Program-made: the position numbers and the translations under genes
Notes under the pieces: generated by a model
The model's database searches: none
What the model saw: only the letters and a program-made list of their open reading frames with translations
What the model was told of the DNA's origin: nothing
Source of the DNA: Parcubacteria group bacterium
Lineage (GTDB): Bacteria; Patescibacteriota; Minisyncoccia; Moranbacterales; UBA2206
Assembly (NCBI GenBank): GCA_041664225.1
Contig: JBAYLE010000002.1
Location: forward strand, 3,541-67,540
Length of the DNA stretch: 64,000 nt
Direction of reading: 5' to 3'
Shown here: positions 19,792 through 29,408 of the stretch, one piece after another
Layout: each line of letters begins with the position of its first letter
Position numbering within the stretch: the first letter of the stretch is position 1

Positions 19792-21679
19792 CAATTTAAA
19801 ATCTCCCGAAGATTTTTTCAAGCGGAATAAATTTTGGGCGCTGCTGCTTTTGCCGCTGGCGATATATTTCTATTTTGGATTGCAACACCTCGCCCAATTC
19901 GAAACTGCCGACGAACACTATTGGATCTATAGCAACACCAATAATAATAATTACTGGGACAACAATAACGGGCGGATCGAACAATATTGGAGCGCGCTCG
20001 CTTCCGGCAACTGGAAAAAAACCCGCATCAATGACAAACCCGGCATAACTTTGGCGTATGTTTCCGGTATCGGTTCGTGGCTAAAGACAAATCTGGAGAA
20101 GGGGATTGTTTCTGGGGCCATCGCTCCGATGTCGAAAATCGACAAAGCGGAAAGGATAAATTTTTATTTTCGTTTTCCACTCTTGATTTTTAATGGACTT
20201 TTTTCGCTGGTTCTTTTCTTTTTAGTTAAAAAGCTGACAAAAAATGATTGGATCGCGCTTATAACCGCGACACTGATTTTGCTCTCTCCCATACTTCTGG
20301 GAATTTCGCAAATTATCAACCCGGATTCCTTATTGTGGGTATTCAGCTTCGCCGCAATTTTGACTTATCTTATCCATCTCAAAGAAAATAGCCTGCGATA
20401 TGCCTTATGGGCATCCCTGTTCTTGGGGTTATCTCTTCTCTCTAAATATTCTTCCATAATTTTATTTCCATTTTTCTTCGCCGTCATGCTGGCCTACCTC
20501 ATTGAAAATTTTAAATCTTGGGGCAAACAAACGATTGCTCGAAAAATTCGCCGCTACGCGTTCACATATTTTTTAATTATTGCCGGAGCCTTGTTTATTT
20601 ATGCTGTTTTGCTTCCCGATAATCTGGTAGAATTCCGCCATTTTATGAAGGGCAGTCTTGGCTTTAAGGGTATGCAGACTTTTTTTCTGGCATTGATTGG
20701 ATGTAATCTGCTTATTTTGCTCGACGCCCATTTTTTTCAGAGCAAGACCATGCGATGGGTCGCAAATACAATATCGCCCCTGGAAAAATACTTTAAGCTG
20801 GCTATTTTTACGATTTTGCCCATCCTTTTTATTGTTATTATTTTCAACACGCTTATCGAAAAAGACCAGCTCGGACTTTTCATAACGCCTTTTGACGCAT
20901 CTCTCAAGTCCATTTTTTCCCAGCTGCCTGACTGGAAAATCATTCTCAAGCAATTTTTGCCATTGATATTCTCTCTTTCGCCGATGGTCGTTTTATTTTT
21001 ACTGTATGCCTGGATCAGAAACTGGCGTAAAAGTGACGAATTCCAATGGATCATATTTGTCTTTTCATTTTTCATCCTTGTGCTCGTTGCTGCCTCTATG
21101 CAACAAAAAATAATGCTCATCGTGCGCTATAGTATCATGTTGTATCCTCTAGTTTTCACTATGGCGGCTATCGGGATTTATCAATTTTTTATGTTAGATA
21201 AAAAAAGCAATGCCTTTAAAACGGTTATTTTCACCGGGATAATTTTAATCAGTATCATAAGTCTTTGGCAAATCAAACCATTTTATTTTAACTACACCAG
21301 CAGATTGTTGCCCCAACAATATCTCACAACAGACGCCTGGGGCTACGGCGGATATGAGGCGGCTGAGTATTTGAATAGTTTGCCCGACGCCCAAAATATG
21401 CGTATTTGGTCTGATTACAACGGGGTTTGCCTTTTTTTCAACGGAAAATGCGAAGCAAATAATTTAACCATGAAAAACATCCGTAAAAAATCAGAATCAG
21501 CGCCGCGCTTCGATTATTTCGTTTCCGACCGCCGGGGCAGCATTTTGAGCCATAATTTATGGGAAAGCCTGCCCGAACAATATGGCAGCCAATTGATCCA
21601 AGAATCAAATATTGGCGGGCGGGCGGGAAATTTTATTCGAATTTATAAGAATAATTTAATCCAATCAAATGGAAACTAA
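19775..21679 (+). CDS. GT-C/PMT_2-family membrane glycosyltransferase, paralog 2
   Basis: Its start overlaps the end of paralog 1. The same conserved blocks are present (TADEHYW, RINDKPGITLAYVSGI, WGYGGYEAAEYLNSLPDAQN). Confidence 0.7.
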   Translation: MALLNDNLKSPEDFFKRNKFWALLLLPLAIYFYFGLQHLAQFETADEHYWIYSNTNNNNYWDNNNGRIEQYWSALASGNWKKTRINDKPGITLAYVSGIGSWLKTNLEKGIVSGAIAPMSKIDKAERINFYFRFPLLIFNGLFSLVLFFLVKKLTKNDWIALITATLILLSPILLGISQIINPDSLLWVFSFAAILTYLIHLKENSLRYALWASLFLGLSLLSKYSSIILFPFFFAVMLAYLIENFKSWGKQTIARKIRRYAFTYFLIIAGALFIYAVLLPDNLVEFRHFMKGSLGFKGMQTFFLALIGCNLLILLDAHFFQSKTMRWVANTISPLEKYFKLAIFTILPILFIVIIFNTLIEKDQLGLFITPFDASLKSIFSQLPDWKIILKQFLPLIFSLSPMVVLFLLYAWIRNWRKSDEFQWIIFVFSFFILVLVAASMQQKIMLIVRYSIMLYPLVFTMAAIGIYQFFMLDKKSNAFKTVIFTGIILISIISLWQIKPFYFNYTSRLLPQQYLTTDAWGYGGYEAAEYLNSLPDAQNMRIWSDYNGVCLFFNGKCEANNLTMKNIRKKSESAPRFDYFVSDRRGSILSHNLWESLPEQYGSQLIQESNIGGRAGNFIRIYKNNLIQSNGN

Positions 21680-23585
21680 AACAGAAGAAGCTAAAATGAA
21701 AGAAACCGAGCCGAAAGAAACCGAAAAGAAAAGGGCTGAAATAAAAAAAGACAAATCCTCTTGGTTTTTAGCCTTGCTTATCATCCCGCTAGTGCTTTAT
21801 TTCAATTTCGGTTTGCGGCATCTGACGCAATTTGAAACAGCGGATGAGCATTTGTGGATATCAGATTTATACACTGGACGGATTCAGAGCTATTGGAACG
21901 CCATGGCTTCCGAAAATTGGAAAGGCACCCGCATCAATGATAAACCCGGTATAACCTTAGCGTATGTTGCCGGCATCGGAACCTGGTTTGAAAACAATGT
22001 CCAGGACAAAATCGTCAAAAAAGCCAATTTGACCATAACCTATAATCCTGAGAAAACAACTGAAACCTTCTACATCTACCGCAAGCCCCAGGTCGTTTTC
22101 ACAGGCTTGATGGGAATTTTCTTCTGCTTAGCTTTATGGCGTCTAACTCGAAAAGTCTGGTTGGCCTTGGCCGGGGCCTCTCTGGTTTTGCTTTCTCCGA
22201 TCCTTATCGGCATCTCGCAAATCATTAACCCAGACGCAATGTTGTGGATCTTTTCTTCCGCCAGCCTGCTTTCTTTTTTCGTATTTTTGAAAGAAACAAG
22301 ATTTATTGATGCCTTTTTGGCCGCTTTTTTCCTCGGGTTATCACTTCTTTCAAAATACGTGGCACTCATATTTTTTCCATTTTTTCTAGTCATGCTTTTG
22401 GCCTATTTGCTGTTTTATTACACCGAATTGATCGAGCAGAAAACTTTGCTACGCAAAACAATTGAAATCACCTTGGGTTATATATTTATTATCGCCGGCA
22501 GCATCGGGCTGTTCGCGCTTGGCATGCCGGCAGCCATCGTCAATACCAGTATTATTTACAAATCGATTTTTGAATTCGGCGGCATGCAAAATATCCTTCT
22601 GATCTGTGCTGGAGTAAATCTCGTTCTTTTTTTGGACGCAGCGCTTTTGAAATCTTTTATCGCGAAATTTTTACTCAAATACCTCCAATTTCTAAAAATT
22701 GTCCTGCCAAAAATTTTGTATTTAGCTATGCTTGTTTTAGCCGCGGCCACTATCGCTAATTGGTCATTTATGAATAATTTTCTGCATACCCCAATTCTTG
22801 AGGTCGGCGGAGGTAAGCGGCCGATCATCCTCACTTTTCCTTTCTATCAGCAAATGGTTCTACAGGCTAAACCGTTGTTTTTTTCCATCACACCGATCGC
22901 TTTGTTTCTAATATTTTTTCTCTGGGCAAAATCAATCTTCCGCCGGAGCAGTTTTGATTATATTGTTTTTATCCTTTCACTTTTCTTTCTAGTCTTCTTT
23001 TACACGGTCACTCAGCAAGCCCTTTTGGTAAATGTCCGCTATTCCGTTGTTCTTTATCCTTTTGCGTTAACCTTGGCGGCCATCGGTTTTTATGAGATAA
23101 TTAAGAACCTCAAGCATTATTATTCACTAGCCTTGTTTTTGCTCCTGCTCGGCGCTAGCTATCTCAGTGTTTCCAAAATACAACCGTTCTACTTCAACTA
23201 CTCGAATGATTTACTGCCAAAGAATTCCATAATTACGACTGCCTGGGGCTATGGCGGATACGAGGCGATTAATTATATAAAGTCTCAAGGTGACCCCAAA
23301 AATATGAAGATTTGGGCAAACTATTATGGGGCCTGTCCGTTTTTTGCCGGTAAATGCGCCGTTGAGGGTTCAACCAAGTGGATGAAAGAGAGTGAAATTT
23401 TGAATATTGATTATGTAATTCTCAGCCAAGACGGACTTAGCAAAAACAAAAAAGGACTGCAGGCTATCAATGAGATATTTCCAACTGACAACCCGGTTTG
23501 GGAACTAGTTATCGACGGCCGACCGGACAATTTTGTCAAAGTATATAAAAATCCTTTAAAACAAACTACTTATGAAAACAATTGA
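21669..23585 (+). CDS. GT-C/PMT_2-family membrane glycosyltransferase, paralog 3 (K/E-rich N-terminal tail)
   Basis: It overlaps paralog 2 by 11 nt. Blocks TADEHLW, RINDKPGITLAYVAGIGTW and WGYGGYEAINYI are present. Confidence 0.7.
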   Translation: METKTEEAKMKETEPKETEKKRAEIKKDKSSWFLALLIIPLVLYFNFGLRHLTQFETADEHLWISDLYTGRIQSYWNAMASENWKGTRINDKPGITLAYVAGIGTWFENNVQDKIVKKANLTITYNPEKTTETFYIYRKPQVVFTGLMGIFFCLALWRLTRKVWLALAGASLVLLSPILIGISQIINPDAMLWIFSSASLLSFFVFLKETRFIDAFLAAFFLGLSLLSKYVALIFFPFFLVMLLAYLLFYYTELIEQKTLLRKTIEITLGYIFIIAGSIGLFALGMPAAIVNTSIIYKSIFEFGGMQNILLICAGVNLVLFLDAALLKSFIAKFLLKYLQFLKIVLPKILYLAMLVLAAATIANWSFMNNFLHTPILEVGGGKRPIILTFPFYQQMVLQAKPLFFSITPIALFLIFFLWAKSIFRRSSFDYIVFILSLFFLVFFYTVTQQALLVNVRYSVVLYPFALTLAAIGFYEIIKNLKHYYSLALFLLLLGASYLSVSKIQPFYFNYSNDLLPKNSIITTAWGYGGYEAINYIKSQGDPKNMKIWANYYGACPFFAGKCAVEGSTKWMKESEILNIDYVILSQDGLSKNKKGLQAINEIFPTDNPVWELVIDGRPDNFVKVYKNPLKQTTYENN

Positions 23586-25122
23586 TCTGCAAAAATTTTT
23601 AAATTGGTCCAAATCAAAAAACGTGGTTATCGTGATTCTGCTCATCATTGTTTTCTTGGGCGGCATTTTGCGCCTTTATCACCTGGGCGCCAATCCATTG
23701 GTAGCCGATGAATTTTTGGATATGAACTCGTCTTATGGTTATTTTAAAACTCATATCTGGCAAGCCTGGGATTTCAACATGGATGCTCCAAGTAATATCG
23801 ATGTTTATGCCGCCAGAGACGAACGGGCTTGGCCGTATAAATGGCAGGTGGCTCAGCTTTTTCGATTTTTTCCATCCACGGAAGCCGCCGCCCGCAGCTT
23901 GAGCGTCATCTGGGGGCTAATTTCTGTTTTTGCCGTGTATTGGGCGGCAAAATCTTTTACCAAAAAGAAATCCATCGGCCTCTTGGGCGCTTTTTTATTC
24001 GCGGTGAGCGCTACTGCCATTGCTTTTGACCGAAAACTGCGCATGTATGCGATGTTTTATCCCATGTTTCTCTTGATGTCTCTTTTTCTTTTCCAGTTTT
24101 TAGAAGCCGATTATCACGGCAAAATCAGACTGGTTAAGTTTTTTTATGATAAGTTCAAAATAAACGTTCTTTTCCTAGTCCCATTCTTGGTCACAGCGCT
24201 TATTGGCATTTCCATCCAGCTTTTAAGCGTAAATATTCTGCCGGTTTTTCTAGTATATATTTTGATTCAAGCCATAATTTCAGCGCGCCGGAAAGATTAC
24301 GTCAACAAATATTCAATAATCCTGGGTCTTTCAATTATCGCGGCAATCGCCGCTTTCATCACTGTTCCCCAGATAATTGTTTATTATTCCGGCGTTCTTA
24401 AATTTTTCATAAACAACCATGGCTATCTCACGGACATATTAAGAGACTACAGCAATTATCCGCTGGCGATTATTCTTTTGATCTCGGGAATTTATTTTTT
24501 GAGACAGCAAAAGTTATCCAGAGAATCATGGTGGCTTTCTCTTTCATTTTTTGTGCCGCTTTTAATGGCCGCCTTTATGTGGCAAAGGACGCAGGGCATC
24601 CAATATGTTTTTTTCTTGCAATCTTTTCTGATAATTTTAATCGCAACCGGTATTTATTTTTGGGCCCTATATTTGCGAAATCGCTTGGTTAAATTTCCTC
24701 AAAAAGCCTTCTATACAGTGATTATTTTGGCTTTGCTAATCCTGCCTGATTATGGTTATTTTTTCCGCAACGACACCACTTATCAGCGGGGCAATAACCA
24801 GATTGCTGATTATCGCAAAGTTTTTAAATACGTGAAGAAAAATCTGAAACCGGGCGATGTTCTTCTAACTAGAAATTTTAGAAATTATTATTTCAGCGGG
24901 GCAAAAGTCAAAGTTTTTGATTTTGGGGGAGAGAGAGCCACGCATGATTTATCCGTTGCTGACATCCAGCAAATACAAAATCAAAATCCGCACGGCTGGG
25001 TAGTGCTTTTTGACAATGACGAAGATTTTATAAATAAAGAAGCAATAAATTATATCAAACAAAACTTCACCCAGGTTGATAATTCCCAAGTCAGGGGAGC
25101 AAGCGACGCTTATACTTGGTAA
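23572..25122 (+). CDS. GT-C/PMT-like membrane glycosyltransferase (shorter, divergent fourth member)
   Basis: It overlaps paralog 3 by 14 nt. LYHLGANPLVADEFLDMNSSYGYF is a DE motif after TM1. It has more than 10 TM helices. Confidence 0.6.
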   Translation: MKTIDLQKFLNWSKSKNVVIVILLIIVFLGGILRLYHLGANPLVADEFLDMNSSYGYFKTHIWQAWDFNMDAPSNIDVYAARDERAWPYKWQVAQLFRFFPSTEAAARSLSVIWGLISVFAVYWAAKSFTKKKSIGLLGAFLFAVSATAIAFDRKLRMYAMFYPMFLLMSLFLFQFLEADYHGKIRLVKFFYDKFKINVLFLVPFLVTALIGISIQLLSVNILPVFLVYILIQAIISARRKDYVNKYSIILGLSIIAAIAAFITVPQIIVYYSGVLKFFINNHGYLTDILRDYSNYPLAIILLISGIYFLRQQKLSRESWWLSLSFFVPLLMAAFMWQRTQGIQYVFFLQSFLIILIATGIYFWALYLRNRLVKFPQKAFYTVIILALLILPDYGYFFRNDTTYQRGNNQIADYRKVFKYVKKNLKPGDVLLTRNFRNYYFSGAKVKVFDFGGERATHDLSVADIQQIQNQNPHGWVVLFDNDEDFINKEAINYIKQNFTQVDNSQVRGASDAYTW

Positions 25123-25140
25123 AAACAATATTATTTTAAA

Positions 25141-25166
25141 AAGGCCTGGTTACACCAGGTCTTTCT
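25141..25166. terminator. Bidirectional terminator between convergent genes
   Basis: CCTGGT-TAC-ACCAGG hairpin flanked by an A-run and a T-rich run. It overlaps the stop codon of the flippase gene. Confidence 0.6.
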
Positions 25167-26628
25167 TTTCTTTCATTCTAACAATGCTGCGGATGATATC
25201 AAGGTCGCTTTCCTTAATTTCTTTTAAAAGATAAAGAACGCAGAAATAAACCAGGATCAGAAGAGTACTCCAAGCGAAAAAGATTAGATTTTGTGAAGTT
25301 AGGTACAAAGACAAAATATAGATAAAAGATCCGGCTAGGGCCATTTTGAGAAGACTTATAGCGTTTAAAATGCCCTCAAAATAGCGATGGCTGTACGCAA
25401 CTGCAATCAACATCACAACTAAGGAAGTGATGGATGTAGCAATAGCTGAGCCCACGATGCCATATTTTTTAATTAAGATATAATTCAGAATTGCGTTCAA
25501 GAACATGCCCCCGCAAGCAATCCACATCGGAACTCTGTTTTTGCCAGCGCCATTGAGCGCAAAGCTCAAGATATAAAAAACGGTGAGGCATCCAATACCA
25601 AACGTCAAGATTTGCAAGGGGAGTGTAGCCTCCAGATATTTTGCGCCATAAATAAACTTGATCACGGAAGCCGAATAAGTGTTTAACAAAATTACAATCG
25701 GCACCAAAAACATAATCATGATGCGCAGTGACTGCGTTATGATGTTGCGAGTCTTCTCCTGATTATTTTGCGCGGTTGATTCAGAAACTGAAGGCAAGAG
25801 TATTATGGTCAAAGCATAGAAAAGGAAGTAGGGTATTTGTCCAATTAAAAAAGCACTATTATAAATTCCAGCCAAGTAGTCGCTGTGAGTAATGGCTTTC
25901 ACAAAATACATATCCAATGAAATTAAGACCTGGTAAAAAATCATGAAAAGTGTGACCGGCCAGGCGTATTTCAACATCTTGCGCCAATCGAAATGCAGTT
26001 TTTTCTGGATTTTGGGAAATTTTTTGGAAATCCAAAAGATATCCGCTGCCCAAGCCGTCAGAAAAACAAGAGTAGGTGCGAAAATATAAACCGAGATTGA
26101 CCCGTTTAATCCAAACATCCTTACTAAACTGACTATCAAAACTACACGAAAAAGAGAACGCAAAATTTTCAGCCCGGATTGTAAATTGAATTGGTGGATG
26201 CCGGACAGATAATAAAAGAAATATGAATCCAGCGCCCAAGCCGGTAAAATAAGCGTTGAAAGGCGAAAAAGGGGAGTCAGTGTCGGATCGCCTAGCATTT
26301 GTGAAATCAGGGGGGTAACTAAATAAAAAATCAAAGAGATTGCGCCAATAACAATCAGCTGCAAAATCAAGCCGGTTCTCTTGATGACGGGCACCATCTC
26401 CGGACGGGTAATATGTATTTCGCTTAAATATTTACCCATAGAAATAGGAATCCCGCTCCCTATGAGTGTGATGACCATAATGGTAAAAGACACGATCAGG
26501 CCATAACGCCCATAATCAGAGGGAGTCAAAAGCCTCCCGGCCACCGAATGAACGACGTAGCCAGAAAGATTGAATAAAACTTCAGCGATGACCAACCAAA
26601 CGAATGATTTAGCTAAATTTTTGGACAT
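25150..26628 (-). CDS. MOP-superfamily (Wzx-like) oligosaccharide/polysaccharide flippase
   Basis: It is 492 aa with 12-14 TM helices. The N-terminal LAKSFVWLVIAEVLFNLSGYVVHSVAGRLLTPSDYGRYG matches the Polysacc_synt family start. Confidence 0.8.
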   Translation of the reverse strand: MSKNLAKSFVWLVIAEVLFNLSGYVVHSVAGRLLTPSDYGRYGLIVSFTIMVITLIGSGIPISMGKYLSEIHITRPEMVPVIKRTGLILQLIVIGAISLIFYLVTPLISQMLGDPTLTPLFRLSTLILPAWALDSYFFYYLSGIHQFNLQSGLKILRSLFRVVLIVSLVRMFGLNGSISVYIFAPTLVFLTAWAADIFWISKKFPKIQKKLHFDWRKMLKYAWPVTLFMIFYQVLISLDMYFVKAITHSDYLAGIYNSAFLIGQIPYFLFYALTIILLPSVSESTAQNNQEKTRNIITQSLRIMIMFLVPIVILLNTYSASVIKFIYGAKYLEATLPLQILTFGIGCLTVFYILSFALNGAGKNRVPMWIACGGMFLNAILNYILIKKYGIVGSAIATSITSLVVMLIAVAYSHRYFEGILNAISLLKMALAGSFIYILSLYLTSQNLIFFAWSTLLILVYFCVLYLLKEIKESDLDIIRSIVRMKEKKDLV

Positions 26629-26704
26629 ATTTGGCTTATTTAAGCTATTATATTAAATCACAGAAGAAATTACCTTGACAAATTTTTTATTTCGATTATA
26701 TTGA

Positions 26705-27040
26705 TTTCAGGCCTTTGGTCTTGGATCGAGCGAGGTTTCCCACCTACGATGGATCCGCTCGACGTAATTTCGTTCTTTCAGTAAATAGGGATTCGTATCT
26801 CGGTTCACTCGCAGATGTTTGTTGAGTTTAGCGGCACCGTTGCGGTTTAATAACCAAGATACGATTATATAAGCCAGGGAGAATGGTAAAAGTTTTGATT
26901 CAGATTAGGCCTTTGAGCAATCTCGGTTCAAGTCGTTGCACAGGACAGGCAGTAACGTCCGGATACTCGACGAGCAACCGGTAGCCCAACATTTTGGATC
27001 ACAAAGGTCAAAACTTAAAGCCATCTCTCCCGGGCTTTTT
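26705..27040. ncRNA. Candidate structured non-coding RNA or foreign remnant: a GC-rich island of about 340 nt (50% GC or more) in a 420-nt gap lacking ORFs of 60 aa or more
   Basis: GGCCTTTG (26710-26717) pairs with CAAAGGTC (27002-27009), closing the element. Internal hairpins include TCGAGCG...CGCTCGA (26725-26760) and GGAC-N10-GTCC (26944-26961). A plus-strand TTGACA-16-TATATT (26675-26702) lies upstream and a weak AAGCC...GGCTT+T7 at 27017-27047 lies downstream. No RNase P, tmRNA or SRP hallmark sequences were recognised. Confidence 0.3.
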
Positions 27041-27047
27041 TTATTTT

Positions 27048-27419
27048 CTAATGAACGGGAATAATTTTATAAATTTCTTTTTTATCTGTTCCGCTAGCCA
27101 CATCAATCATGATTTTTCCACTAGCATTAACTTCTTGGTTGTTTAAATTTATATCAGTCACGTCGCCTTTTTGAATCGTGAGATCTCCTTCCTTGAGTTT
27201 TGTTTTACCGGCAGTGAAAACTGTCCAATGAAAAGAATCGCTATTGCTGTGATTTTCAATCGAAAAAGACAAGTCTGAATTTTTCGGATTCTCAAAAGAC
27301 AGCGCCCACCAATTTTTGTCCAAGTCTAAATCGGCTTGTTTTTTTTCTGTCCAGGATAGATAAACCGCGCTGACCAAGATCAGCAGTATTGTGACAATAA
27401 TTATTTTTCGATTGTTCAT
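27048..27419 (-). CDS. Small secreted hypothetical protein (123 aa)
   Basis: It has a signal anchor (IIIVTILLILVSAVYLSW) and lies 6 nt downstream of the large membrane protein gene on the same strand. Confidence 0.5.
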   Translation of the reverse strand: MNNRKIIIVTILLILVSAVYLSWTEKKQADLDLDKNWWALSFENPKNSDLSFSIENHSNSDSFHWTVFTAGKTKLKEGDLTIQKGDVTDINLNNQEVNASGKIMIDVASGTDKKEIYKIIPVH

Positions 27420-27425
27420 ATTTTT

Positions 27426-29408
27426 TTATTCAGATTGCGAACGATAAAAATTCCTTATCTCGCCATTATTATACACTTGCCAGAAATTATTATCTTTTTC
27501 AAATTGAGGCGCATCAGTTTTGTTAATCATCGCAAAGTTTATCCCGAGATCTTGGTAGCATTTCTGGCTGTCCGGACTGGACGGCGTAGAAATCATCCAG
27601 AGTGTGCAGGATTCTTTTTTATCTATGCCGTTGGCATAGCGGTCAAAATTAGCTCGGTAAAATGGAAAATTATAATCGCGCATAAAAAACAATTTAACCC
27701 ACGCATCCGCAGTCATAAAAACGTGGTCCTTGACGATCTGATCGCTTCCATCTGTTTTTTGCGCCAAATATCGCGAAGCGGCGAATGTCTGTACGGTTTT
27801 TTGCGCGTCAGCATTTTTAATTTGATTTTGTTTATTATCATAAAAACCCTGGGCCACCGCATAAGAAAAAATAAGCACCATCACGACCAAAAGCATTTTG
27901 GAGCTCAAAAACAATTGACTCGCGCCTTCTGGAGATTTAGCTTTGCTCTTCGCTATTCCGATGATTTCGATAATCGCCAAAGAAGCCAGGATGGAAAATG
28001 GGAAGCTGCCATAATTGCCGATCCGCGATGAGGGAACGTCGATTTTTATCCATTGCGGATAAAGGGAAATCAGCAAGATAACAAGAATCCAGGAAATCAT
28101 GAATATGGCTTGATAGCCAGAATCATTTTCGTCTTTACGCTTATATAAAAGGAGTAGGGCCAGTCCGGCGCCGACTAGCCCCAAAACTTCCCGCGGTTCG
28201 CCGATCGTAAATTTAAATTGGGAAAATATGAGCCCCTCATGGCCAGCCTTGGATGGCCCTCCAATTACGGTGTTCACCGCCGTATTTTTCAGATATGACG
28301 GCGTATAAACTCCCAAAACAAAAACCAGCGCGAAAATTAAAAATATGATGACCGGCCAGGAAAAAAATAACTTTGCCCATTGCCCAAGCATAGAGCGAGC
28401 TTGGCGAAAATTGAAAATTAAAAGCAACACGACAGAGAGCGCCAAAATGAAAATTAAAATAAATCCAGTCAAATGATGAGTATAAAAAAGACCCATGGTT
28501 GAAAAAAATGCCGCCATCGCGTGCGCCCGATTTTTCTCGGTCAGCGCCCGATAGAAGAAATAGAAAGAAACCGGAAGCAGGAGATTGCCCAAGATGTTAC
28601 CAATAACACCGCCAGCTACATATTTGGCTTCTGGTGGGGAAATGGCAAATAATGGACCAATGAAGAAAAGCGCCAGAATCGCGATATTTTTGGCCTGCGA
28701 GTGGTTCTTAAAAAAGCGCAAAGCTAAAATAAAAATTGCTAAAATACTAGCTAGATTAATTAAGAAAAGAGTTACAACAGGAAAGTATGAAATAAAATCC
28801 AACCCGCTCAAGATGGCAACGGCAGAAAAAATCAGATGTTCACCAATAATAAAATCGCTAATATTTTGCAATGGTCCGATCTGATACACTCCGTTTATCT
28901 GCTGAATATCCCGCTGAGCGTATTCCGGGATATGCCCCGAAACAGCAATCTCTTTGGCCCAATACATATGATGCCCAAGATCAGTGGCTTGCGGCAAAAT
29001 ATTATCCGCAAGATAGGCAACTTTTATAAAAATGGTTAAGAAAAGAATCGCGATTATCAGCGCTGTTTGTTTTTTGGAAAAATTAAACAACTTGTTGGTT
29101 TCCGCTTCGGCCTCAAAATCGCTTTGTCTTTTGACTAATTTATAAATCGCGAAGCAAATTACTGCGAACACCAAAATTGCAGCCAAAAGGGAAGCGCGCG
29201 TTATTGATATATCCAAGCGATTTAGGATCATCATCAGAAAATCAACGGAGATAATACTGAAAACAACCGCTATCACCAGTTTTTCAATGCCGGAAAATAT
29301 CTTTTTTTTGCCAAAAATTGCCAATAGCAAAAAATAGCCAGGCAGAAATAATACCAAGACCAACGAAACATAAAAAAGTATTTGATTTCCTAAAAAATTA
29401 AGCATCAA
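27426..29408 (-). CDS. Large polytopic membrane protein (660 aa), putative GT-C-like glycosyltransferase/polymerase
   Basis: It has about 13 TM helices and a C-terminal soluble domain. It overlaps the start of the downstream GT4 gene. Confidence 0.55.
   Translation of the reverse strand: MMLNFLGNQILFYVSLVLVLFLPGYFLLLAIFGKKKIFSGIEKLVIAVVFSIISVDFLMMILNRLDISITRASLLAAILVFAVICFAIYKLVKRQSDFEAEAETNKLFNFSKKQTALIIAILFLTIFIKVAYLADNILPQATDLGHHMYWAKEIAVSGHIPEYAQRDIQQINGVYQIGPLQNISDFIIGEHLIFSAVAILSGLDFISYFPVVTLFLINLASILAIFILALRFFKNHSQAKNIAILALFFIGPLFAISPPEAKYVAGGVIGNILGNLLLPVSFYFFYRALTEKNRAHAMAAFFSTMGLFYTHHLTGFILIFILALSVVLLLIFNFRQARSMLGQWAKLFFSWPVIIFLIFALVFVLGVYTPSYLKNTAVNTVIGGPSKAGHEGLIFSQFKFTIGEPREVLGLVGAGLALLLLYKRKDENDSGYQAIFMISWILVILLISLYPQWIKIDVPSSRIGNYGSFPFSILASLAIIEIIGIAKSKAKSPEGASQLFLSSKMLLVVMVLIFSYAVAQGFYDNKQNQIKNADAQKTVQTFAASRYLAQKTDGSDQIVKDHVFMTADAWVKLFFMRDYNFPFYRANFDRYANGIDKKESCTLWMISTPSSPDSQKCYQDLGINFAMINKTDAPQFEKDNNFWQVYNNGEIRNFYRSQSE

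Noticed and set aside
26700-27047. Identification of the GC-rich intergenic element as RNase P RNA, tmRNA or SRP RNA
   Set aside because: Near-matches exist: GUAACGUCCGG resembles GGAAAGUCCGG and GGAUCGAGCGAGG resembles the tmRNA 5' end. The invariant P4 sequence, a 3' T-arm/CCA end, a tag-peptide reading frame and the SRP GGAAGCAG motif are all absent or mispositioned. It is therefore reported only as an unclassified candidate.
27435-28031. 198-aa plus-strand ORF antisense to the 660-aa membrane protein
   Set aside because: Its R/K-rich low-complexity translation sits opposite a hydrophobic TM-coding region. It is a classic antisense artefact.
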